Position numbers and translations under genes: made by a program
Source: the human T2T-CHM13v2.0 reference genome, Homo sapiens
NCBI RefSeq assembly: GCF_009914755.1
Contig: NC_060933.1
Strand: one strand, 5' to 3'
DNA: 64,000 nt
In this document: positions 53,761 to 64,000 of the stretch, one piece after another
Layout: every line of letters starts with the position of its first letter
How positions within the stretch are numbered: position 1 is the first letter of the stretch
Notes under the pieces: model-generated
What the model saw: only the letters and a program-made list of their open reading frames with translations
Databases searched by the model: none
What the model was told of the DNA's origin: nothing

Positions 53761-56700
53761 GTGTATTCAACTAACAGAGATGAACCTTTCTTTTTACAGA
53801 GCAGTTTTGAAACACTCTTTTTGTGGAATCTGAAAGTGGATATTTGGATAGCTTTGAGGATTTCGTTGGAAACGGGATTACATATAAAACCTAGAGAGAA
53901 GCATTCTCAGGAACTTCTTTGTGATGTTTGCCTTCAAGTCACAGGACTGAACATTCCCTTTCATAGAGCAGGTTTGAAACACTCCTTCTGTAGTATCTGC
54001 AAGCTGACGTTTCAAGCGCTTTCAGGCCTATGGTGACAAAGGAAATATCTTCAAGTAAAAACTAGACAGAAGCATTCTCAGAAACTTATTTGCCATGTGT
54101 GTTCTCAACTAACAGAGTTGAACCTTTGTTTTGATACGGCATTTTGGAAACACTCTTTTTGTAGAATCTGCAGGTGGATATTCGGATAGCTTTGAAGGTT
54201 TCGTTGGAAACGGGAATATTTTCATATAAAATCTAGACGGAAGCATTCTCAGAAACTGCTTTGTGATGTTTGCATTCAAGTCACAGAGTAGAATGTTCCC
54301 TGTTATATACCAGGTTTGAGACACTCTTTCTGCACTACCTGGAAGTGGACGTTTGGAGCGCTTTGAGGCCTATGTTGAAAAAGGAAATATCTTCCCATAA
54401 AAACTAGACAGAAGCATTCTCAGAAACTTGTTTGTGATGTGTGTATTCAACTAACAGAGATGAACCTTTCTTTTTACAGAGCAGTTTTGAAACACTCTTT
54501 TTGTGGAATCTGAAAGTGGATATTTGGATAGCTTTGAGGATTTCGTTGGAAACGGGATTACATATAAAACCTAGAGAGAAGCATTCTCAGGAACTTCTTT
54601 GTGATGTTTGCATTCAAGTCACAGAACTGAACATTCCCTTTCATAGAGCAGGTTTGAAACACTCTTTCTGTAGTATCTGCAAGCTGACGTTTCAAGCGCT
54701 TTCAGGCCTATGGTGAGAAAGGAAATATCTTCAAGTAAAAACTAGACAGAAGCATTCTCAGAAACTTATTTGCGATGTGTGTTCTCAACTAACAGAGTTG
54801 AACCTTTGTTTTGATATGGCATTTTGGAAACACTCTTTTTGTAGAATCTGCAGGTGGATATTCGGATAGCTTTGAAGGTTTCGTTGGAAACGGGAATATC
54901 TTCATATAAAATCTAGACGGAAGCATTCTCAGAAACTGCTTTGTGATGTTTTCATTCAAGTCACAGAGTAGAATGTTCCCTGTTATATACCAGGTTTGAG
55001 ACACTCTTTCTGCACTACCTGGAAGTGGACATTTGCAGCGCTTTGAGGCCTATGATGAAAAAGGAAATATCTTCCCATAAAAACTAGACAGAAGCATTCT
55101 CAGAAACTTGTTTGTGATGTGTGTATTCAACTAACAGAGATGAACCTTTCTTTTTACAGAGCAGTTTTGAAACACTCTTTTTGTGGAATCTGAAAGTGGA
55201 TATTTGGATAGCTTTGAGGATTTCGTTGGAAACGGGATTACATATAAAATCTAGAGAGAAGCATTCTCAGGAACTTCTTTGTGATGTTTGCATTCACGTC
55301 ACAGAACTGAACATTCCCTTTCATAGAGCATGTTTGAAACACTCTTTCTGTAGTATCTGCAAACGGACATTTCAAACGCTTTCAGGCCTATGGTGAGAAA
55401 GGAAATATCTTCAAATAAAAACTAGACAGAAGCATTCTCAGAAACTTATTTGCGATGTGTGTCCTCAACTAACAGAGTTGAACCTTTCTTTTGATACAAC
55501 ATTTTGGAAACACTCTTTTTGTAGAATCTGCAAGTGGATATTTGAATAGCTTTGAAGGTTTCGTTGGAAACGGGAATATCTTCATATAAAATCAAGACAG
55601 AAGCATTCTCAGAAACTTCTCTGTGATGTTTGCATTCAACTCATAGAGTTGAACACTTCCCTTCATACAGCAGGTTTGAAACACTCTTTTTGTAATATTT
55701 GGAAGTGGACATTTGCAGCGCTTTGAGGCCTATGATGAAAAAGGAAATATCTTCCCATAAAAACTAGACAGAAGCATTCTCAGAAACTTGTTTGTGATGT
55801 GTGTATTCAACTAACAGAGATGAACCTTTCTTTTTACAGAGCAGTTTTGAAACACTCTTTTTGTGGAATCTGAAAGTGGATATTTGGATAGCTTTGCGGA
55901 TTTCGTTGGAAACGGGATTACATATAAAATCTAGGGAGAAGCATTCTCAGGAACTTCTTTGTGATGTTTGCATTCAAGTCACAGAACTGAACATTCCCTT
56001 TCATAGAGCAGGTTTGAAACACTCTTTCTGTAGTATCTGCAAGCGGACGTTTTAAGCGCTTTCAGGCCTGTGGTGAGAAAGGAAATATCTTCAAATAAAA
56101 ACTAGACAGAAGCATTCTCAGAAACTTATTTGCGATGTGTGTCCTCAACTAACAGAGTTGAACCTTTCTTTTGATACAACATTTTGGAAACACTCTTTTT
56201 GTAGAATCTGCAAGTGGATATTTGGATAGCTTTGAAGGTTTCGTTGGAAACGGGAATATCTTCATATGAAATCAAGACAGAAGCATTCTCAGAAACTTCT
56301 CTGTGATGTTTGCATTCAACTCATAGAGTTGAACACTTCCCTTCATACAGCAGGTTTGAAACACTCTTTTTCTAATATTTGGAAGTGGACATTTGCAGCG
56401 CTTTGAGGCCTATGTTGAAAAAGGAAATATCTTCTCCTAAAAACCAGACAGAAGCATTCTCAGAAACTTCCTTGTGATGTGTGTACTCAAGTAACAGAGT
56501 TGAACCTTCCTTTTGACAGAGCAGTTTTGAAGCACTCTTTTTGTAGAATCTGCAAGTGGATATTTTGATACCATTGAGGATTTCGTTGGACACGGGATAT
56601 CTTCATATAAAATCTAGACAGAAGCATTCTCAGAAACTACTTTGTGCTGTATGTCCTCAATTAACAGAGTTGAACCTTTGTGTGGATACAGCATTTTGGA

Positions 56701-58864
56701 AACATTCCTTTAGTAGAATCTGCAAGTTGATATTTAGATAGCTAGGAAGAGTTCCTTGGAAACGGGAATATCTTCATATAAAATCTAGACGGAAGCATTC
56801 TCAGAAAGTGCTTTGTGATGTTTGCATTCAAGTCACAGAGTTGAATGTTCCCTTTTATAGAGCAGGTTTGAAACACTCTTTCTGCACTACCTGGAAGTGG
56901 ACATTTGGAGCGCTTTGAGGCCTATGTTGAAAAAGGAAATATCTTCCCATAAAAACTAGACAGAAGCATTCTCAGAAACTTGTTTGTGATGTGTGTATTC
57001 AACTAACAGAGATGAACCTTTCTTTTTACAGAGCAGTTTTGAAACACTCTTTTTGTGGAATCTGAAAGTGGATATTTGGATAGCTTTGAGGATTTCGTTG
57101 GAAACGGGATTACATATAAAACCTAGAGAGAAGCATTCTCAGGAACTTCTTTGTGATGTTTGCATTCAAGTCACAGAACTGAACATTCCCTTTCATAGAG
57201 CAGGTTTGAAACACTCTTTCTGTAGTATCTGCAAGCTGACGTTTCAAGCGCTTTCAGGCCTATGGTGAGAAAGGAAATATCTTCAAGTAAAAACTAGACA
57301 GAAGCATTCTCAGAAACTTATTTGCGATGTGTGTTCTCAACTAACAGAGTTGAACCTTTGTTTTGATATGGCATTTTGGAAACACTCTTTTTGTAGAATC
57401 TGCAGGTGGATATTCGGATAGCTTTGAAGGTTTCGTTGGAAACGGGAATATCTTCATATAAAATCTAGACGGAAGCATTCTCAGAAACTGCTTTGTGATG
57501 TTTTCATTCAAGTCACAGAGTAGAATGTTCCCTGTTATATACCAGGTTTGAGACACTCTTTCTGCACTACCTGGAAGTGGACATTTGCAGCGCTTTGAGG
57601 CCTATGATGAAAAAGGAAATATCTTCCCATAAAAACTAGACAGAAGCATTCTCAGAAACTTGTTTGTGATGTGTGTATTCAACTAACAGAGATGAACCTT
57701 TCTTTTTACAGAGCAGTTTTGAAACACTCTTTTTGTGGAATCTGAAAGTGGATATTTGGATAGCTTTGAGGATTTCGTTGGAAACGGGATTACATATAAA
57801 ATCTAGAGAGAAGCATTCTCAGGAACTTCTTTGTGATGTTTGCATTCACGTCACAGAACTGAACATTCCCTTTCATAGAGCATGTTTGAAACACTCTTTC
57901 TGTAGTATCTGCAAACGGACATTTCAAACGCTTTCAGGCCTATGGTGAGAAAGGTAATATCTTCAAATAAAAACTAGACAGAAGCATTCTCAGAAACTTA
58001 TTTGCGATGTGTGTCCTCAACTAACAGAGTTGAACCTTTCTTTTGATACAACATTTTGGAAACACTCTTTTTGTAGAATCTGCAAGTGGATATTTGCATA
58101 GCTTTGAAGGTTTCGTTGGAAACGGGAATATCTTCATATAAAATCAAGACAGAAGCATTCTCAGAAACTTCTCTGTGATGTTTGCATTCAACTCATACAG
58201 TTGAACACTTCCCTTCATACAGCAGGTTTGAAACACTCTTTTTGTAATATTTGGAAGTGGACATTTGCAGCGCTTTGAGGCCTATGTTGAAAAAGGAAAT
58301 ATCTTCTCCTAAAAACCAGACAGAAGCATTCTCAGAAACTTCCTTGTGATGTGTGTACTCAAGTAACAGAGTTGAACCTTCCTTTTGACAGAGCAGTTTT
58401 GAAGCACTCTTTTTGTAGAATCTGCAAGTGGATATTTTGATACCTTTGAGGATTTCGTTGGACACGGGATATCTTCATATAAAATCTAGACAGAAGCATT
58501 CTCAGAAACTTCTTTGTGCTGTATGTCCTCAATTAACAGAGTTGAACCTTTGTGTGGATACAGCATTTTGGAAACATTCCTTTAGTAGAATCTGCAAGTT
58601 GATATTTAGATAGCTAGGAAGATTTCCTTGGAAACGGGAATATCTTCATATAAAATCTAGACGGAAGCATTCTCAGAAAGTGCTTTGTGATGTTTGCATT
58701 CAAGTCACAGAGTTGAATATTCCCTTTTATAGAGCAGGTTTGAAACACTCTTTCTGCACTACCTGGAAGTGGACATTTGGAGCGCTTTGAGGCCTATGTT
58801 GAAAAACGAAATATCTTCCCATAAAAACTAGACAGAAGCATTCTCAGAAACTTGTTTGTGATGT

Positions 58865-59715
58865 GTGTATTCAACTAACAGAGATGAACCTTTCTTTTTA
58901 CAGAGCAGTTTTGAAACACTCTTTTTGTGGAATCTGAAAGTGGATATTTGGATAGCTTTGAGGATTTCGTTGGAAACGGGATTACATATAAAACCTAGAG
59001 AGAAGCATTCTCAGGAACTTCTTTGTGATGTTTGCCTTCAAGTCACAGGACTGAACATTCCCTTTCATAGAGCAGGTTTGAAACACTCTTTCTGTAGTAT
59101 CTGCAAGCTGACGTTTCAAGCGCTTTCAGGCCTATGGTGAGAAAGGAAATATCTTCAAGTAAAAACTAGACAGAAGCATTCTCAGAAACTTATTTGCCAT
59201 GTGTGTTCTCAACTAACAGAGTTGAACCTTTGTTTTGATACGGCATTTTGGAAACACTCTTTTTGTAGAATCTGCAGGTGGATATTCGGATAGCTTTGAA
59301 GGTTTCGTTGGAAACGGGAATATCTTCATATAAAACCTTGACGGAAGCATTCTCAGAAACTTCTTTGTGCTGTATGTCCTCAATTAACAGAGTTGAACCT
59401 TTGTGTGGATACAGCATTTTGGAAACATTCCTTTAGTAGAATCTGCAAGTTGATATTTAGATAGCTAGGAAGAGTTCCTTGGAAACGGGAATATCTTCAT
59501 ATAAAATCTAGACGGAAGCATTCTCAGAAAGTGCTTTGTGATGTTTGCATTCAAGTCACAGAGTTGAATATTCCCTTTTATAGAGCAGGTTTGAAACACT
59601 CTTTCTGCACTACCTGGAAGTGGACATTTGGAGCGCTTTGAGGCCTATGTTGAAAAAGGAAATATCTTCCCATAAAAACTAGACAGAAGCATTCTCAGAA
59701 ACTTGTTTGTGATGT
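58865..59715 (+). repeat. Unique 5-monomer hybrid unit X (851 bp): A monomers 1-3 joined to C monomers 6-7
   Basis: The only unit that is neither 680 nor 1192 bp. Junction reads taaaaccttgacggaagcattctcagaaacttctttgtgctgtatg near 59331-59376. Confidence 0.93.
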
Positions 59716-62700
59716 GTGTATTCAACTAACAGAGATGAACCTTTCTTTTTACAGAGCAGTTTTGAAACACTCTTTTTGTGGAATCTGAAAGTGGATATTT
59801 GGATAGCTTTGAGGATTTCGTTGGAAACGGGATTACATATAAAATCTAGAGAGAAGCATTCTCAGGAACTTCTTTGTGATGTTTGCATTCACGTCACAGA
59901 ACTGAACATTCCCTTTCATAGAGCATGTTTGAAACACTCTTTCTGTAGTATCTGCAAACGGACATTTCAAACGCTTTCAGGCCTATGGTGAGAAAGGAAA
60001 TATGTTCAAATAAAAACTAGACAGAAGCATTCTCAGAAACTTATTTGCGATGTGTGTCCTCAACTATCAGAGTTGAACCTTTCTTTTGATACAACATTTT
60101 GGAACCACTCTTTTTGTAGAATCTGCAAGTGGATATTTGAATAGCTTTGAAGGTTTCGTTGGAAACGGGAATATCTTCATATAAAATCAAGACAGAAGCA
60201 TTCTCAGAAACTTCTCTGTGATGTTTGCATTCAACTCATAGAGTTGAACACTTCCCTTCATACAGCAGGTTTGAAACACTCTTTTTGTAATATTTGGAAG
60301 TGGACATTTGCAGCGCTTTGAGGCCTATGATGAAAAAGGAAATATCTTCCCATAAAAACTAGACAGAAGCATTCTCAGAAACTTGTTTGTGATGTGTGTA
60401 TTCAACTAACAGAGATGAACCTTTCTTTTTACAGAGCAGTTTTGAAACACTCTTTTTGTGGAATCTGAAAGTGGATATTTGGATAGCTTTGCGGATTTCG
60501 TTGGAAACGGGATTACATATAAAATCTAGGGAGAAGCATTCTCAGGAACTTCTTTGTGATGTTTGCATTCAAGTCACAGAACTGAACATTCCCTTTCATA
60601 GAGCAGGTTTGAAACACTCTTTCTGTAGTATCTGCAAGCGGACGTTTTCAGCGCTTTCAGGCCTGTGGTGAGAAAGGAAATATCTTCAAATAAAAACTAG
60701 ACAGAAGCATTCTCAGAAACTTATTTGCGATGTGTGTCCTCAACTAACAGAGTTGAACCTTTCTTTTGATACAACATTTTGGAAACACTCTTTTTGTAGA
60801 ATCTGCAAGTGGATATTTGGATAGCTTTGAAGGTTTCGTTGGAAACGGGAATATCTTCATATGAAATCAAGACAGAAGCATTCTCAGAAACTTCTCTGTG
60901 ATGTTTGCATTCAACTCATAGAGTTGAACACTTCCCTTCATACAGCAGGTTTGAAACACTCTTTTTCTAATATTTGGAAGTGGACATTTGCAGCGCTTTG
61001 AGGCCTATGTTGAAAAAGGAAATATCATCTCCTAAAAACCAGACAGAAGCATTCTCAGAAACTTCCTTGTGATGTGTGTACTCAAGTAACAGAGTTGAAC
61101 CTTCCTTTTGACAGAGCAGTTTTGAAGCACTCTTTTTGTAGAATCTGCAAGTGGATATTTTGATACCTTTGAGGATTTCGTTGGACACGGGATATCTTCA
61201 TATAAAATCTAGACAGAAGCATTCTCAGAAACTTCTTTGTGCTGTATGTCCTCAATTAACAGAGTTGAACCTTTGTGTGGATACAGCATTTTGGAAACAT
61301 TCCTTTAGTAGAATCTGCAAGTTGATATTTAGATAGCTAGGAAGATTTCCTTGGAAACGGGAATATCTTCATATAAAATCTAGACGGAAGCATTCTCAGA
61401 AAGTGCTTTGTGATGTTTGCATTCAAGTCACAGAGTTGAATATTCCCTTTTATAGAGCAGGTTTGAAACACTCTTTCTGCACTACCTGGAAGTGGACATT
61501 TGGAGCGCTTTGAGGCCTATGTTGAAAAAGGAAATATCTTCCCATAAAAACTAGACAGAAGCATTCTCAGAAACTTGTTTGTGATGTGTGTATTCAACTA
61601 ACAGAGATGAACCTTTCTTTTTACAGAGCAGTTTTGAAACACTCTTTTTGTGGAATCTGAAAGTGGATATTTGGATAGCTTTGAGGATTTCGTTGGAAAC
61701 GGGATTACATATAAAACCTAGAGAGAAGCATTCTCAGGAACTTCTTTGTGATGTTTGCATTCAAGTCACAGAACTGAACATTCCCTTTCATAGAGCAGGT
61801 TTGAAACACTCTTTCTGTAGTATCTGCAAGCTGACGTTTCAAGCGCTTTCAGGCCTATGGTGAGAAAGGAAATATCTTCAAGTAAAAACTAGACAGAAGC
61901 ATTCTCAGAAACTTATTTGCGATGTGTGTTCTCAACTAACAGAGTTGAACCTTTGTTTTGATATGGCATTTTGGAAACACTCTTTTTGTAGAATCTGCAG
62001 GTGGATATTCGGATAGCTTTGAAGGTTTCGTTGGAAACGGGAATATCTTCATATAAAATCTAGACGGAAGCATTCTCAGAAACTGCTTTGTGATGTTTTC
62101 ATTCAAGTCACAGAGTAGAATGTTCCCTGTTATATACCAGGTTTGAGACACTCTTTCTGCACTACCTGGAAGTGGACATTTGCAGCGCTTTGAGGCCTAT
62201 GATGAAAAAGGAAATATCTTCCCATAAAAACTAGACAGAAGCATTCTCAGAAACTTGTTTTTGATGTGTGTATTCAACTAACAGAGATGAACCTTTCTTT
62301 TTACAGAGCAGTTTTGAAACACTCTTTTTGTGGAATCTGAAAGTGGATATTTGGATAGCTTTGAGGATTTCGTTGGAAACGGGATTACATATAAAATCTA
62401 GAGAGAAGCATTCTCAGGAACTTCTTTGTGATGTTTGCATTCACGTCACAGAACTGAACATTCCCTTTCATAGAGCATGTTTGAAACACTCTTTCTGTAG
62501 TATCTGCAAACGGACATTTCAAACGCTTTCAGGCCTATGGTGAGAAAGGAAATATCTTCAAATAAAAACTAGACAGAAGCATTCTCAGAAACTTATTTGC
62601 GATGTGTGTCCTCAACTAACAGAGTTGAACCTTTCTTTTGATACAACATTTTGGAAACACTCTTTTTGTAGAATCTGCAAGTGGATATTTGAATAGCTTT

Positions 62701-64000
62701 GAAGGTTTCGTTGGAAACGGGAATATCTTCATATAAAATCAAGACAGAAGCATTCTCAGAAACTTCTCTGTGATGTTTGCATTCAACTCATAGAGTTGAA
62801 CACTTCCCTTCATACAGCAGGTTTGAAACACACTTTTTGTAATATTTGGAAGTGGACATTTGCAGCGCTTTGAGGCCTATGATGAAAAAGGTAATATCTT
62901 CCCATAAAAACTAGACAGAAGCATTCTCAGAAACTTGTTTGTGATGTGTGTATTCAACTAACAGAGATGAACCTTTCTTTTTACAGAGCAGTTTTGAAAC
63001 ACTCTTTATGTGGAATCTGAAAGTGGATATTTGGATAGCTTTGCGGATTTCGTTGGAAACGGGATTACATATAAAACCTAGAGAGAAGCATTCTCAGGAA
63101 CTTCTTTGCGATGTTTGCATTCAAGTCACAGAACTGAACATTCCCTTTCATAGAGCAGGTTTGAAACACTCTTTCTGTAGTATCTGCAAGCTGACGTTTC
63201 AAGCGCTTTCAGGCCTATGGTGAGAAAGGAAATTTCTGCAAGTAAAAACTAGACAGAAGCATTCTCAGAAACTTATTTGCGATGTGTGTTCTCAACTAAC
63301 AGAGTTGAACCTTTGTTTTGATACGGCATTTTGGAAACACTCTTTTTGTAGAATCTGCAGGTGGATATTCGGATAGCTTTGAAGGTTTCGTTGGAAACGG
63401 GAATATTTTCATATAAAATCTAGACGGAAGCATTCTCAGAAACTGCTTTGTGATGTTTGCATTCAAGTCACAGAGTAGAATGTTCCCTGTTATATACCAG
63501 GTTTGAGACACTCTTTCTGCACTACCTGGAAGTGGACGTTTGGAGCGCTTTGAGGCCTATGTTGAAAAAGGAAATATCTTCCCATAAAAACTAGACAGAA
63601 GCATTCTCAGAAACTTGTTTGTGATGTGTGTATTCAACTAACAGAGATGAACCTTTCTTTTTACAGAGCAGTTTTGAAACACTCTTTTTGTGGAATCTGA
63701 AAGTGGATATTTGGATAGCTTTGAGGATTTCGTTGGAAACGGGATTACATATAAAACCTAGAGAGAAGCATTCTCAGGAACTTCTTTGTGATGTTTGCAT
63801 TCAAGTCACAGAACTGAACATTCCCTTTCATAGAGCAGGTTTGAAACACTCTTTCTGTAGTATCTGCAAGCTGACGTTTCAAGCGCTTTCAGGCCTATGG
63901 TGAGAAAGGAAATATCTTCAAGTAAAAACTAGACAGAAGCATTCTCAGAAACTTATTTGCGATGTGTGTTCTCAACTAACAGAGTTGAACCTTTGTTTTG

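Larger units (their letters stand above)
1..64000 (+). repeat. Centromeric alpha-satellite higher-order-repeat array (SF2-like, CENP-B-box rich); tentative D9Z4/S2C9H1L
   Basis: The motif 'agaagcattctcagaaactt' recurs every ~170 bp. Typical alphoid motifs (tttgaaacactcttt, ggaaatatcttc) and the 17-bp CENP-B box tttcgttggaaacggga occur throughout in one orientation. Family call is secure; the chromosome assignment is inference from recalled HOR sizes. Confidence 0.99.

Noticed and set aside
59190-59417. Unique minus-strand 75 aa ORF (MLYPHKGST...)
   Set aside because: It is a by-product of the 5-mer junction, which fuses two repeat frames. No evidence of coding function.
1-63903. Recurrent 61-91 aa ORFs (MYSTNRDEPF..., MSNEILKG..., MDILIPLR..., MSQTWYIT...)
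   Set aside because: They are chance open frames in satellite monomers, repeated with the array. Many use non-ATG starts, they overlap on both strands, stops appear and vanish with single variants (18272, 48259), and I recognise no domain. Used only as positional markers.
1-64000. CRISPR-like pattern of a conserved motif (agaagcattctcagaaact) separated by variable sequence
   Set aside because: The intervening ~150 bp segments are homologous to each other and repeat periodically rather than being unique spacers. No cas genes or leader are present.
1-64000. Transposon insertion, inversion or non-satellite island
   Set aside because: None seen. Unit lengths sum exactly with no room for an insert, and the CENP-B boxes read are all on the + strand.
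1-64000. Claim that this window is the active kinetochore (CENP-A / hypomethylated dip) site
   Set aside because: Homogeneity and CENP-B box density fit a live array, but kinetochore position is epigenetic and cannot be read from sequence.

Overview
The whole 64 kb window is primate, almost certainly human, centromeric alpha-satellite: about 376 head-to-tail monomers of ~170 bp in one orientation, with no interruption seen by genes, transposons or unique sequence. CENP-B boxes sit in roughly every second monomer, as in a live-type SF2-like array. The array is built from three modules: C (7-mer, 1192 bp, 23 copies), A (4-mer, 680 bp, 31 copies plus a partial) and B (4-mer, 680 bp, 21 copies), plus one 5-mer X (851 bp). 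These lengths sum exactly to 63,627 bp before the final partial unit. Module order from position 1 is CAB CAABAB CABAB CA CAAB CAB CABAB C CAB CAB CAABAB CAB CA C CAABAB CAB CA CAB CA CAAB CA CXB CABA(A), giving higher-order repeats (HORs) of 7, 11, 15, 16, 19, 23 and 27 monomers. Best guess is chromosome 9 D9Z4 (S2C9H1L), but other SF2 arrays with 4/7/11-mer variants (chr8 D8Z2, chr13/21) cannot be excluded without alignment. All listed ORFs are by-products of the repeat. I find no new protein-coding system. The interest lies in the recombination history readable from shared variants: a 10.2 kb tandem duplication, dispersed copies 26 kb and 53 kb apart, mappable hybrid junctions and patterned CENP-B box loss. 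Module boundaries use the arbitrary phase set by window position 1, and variants were read by eye.
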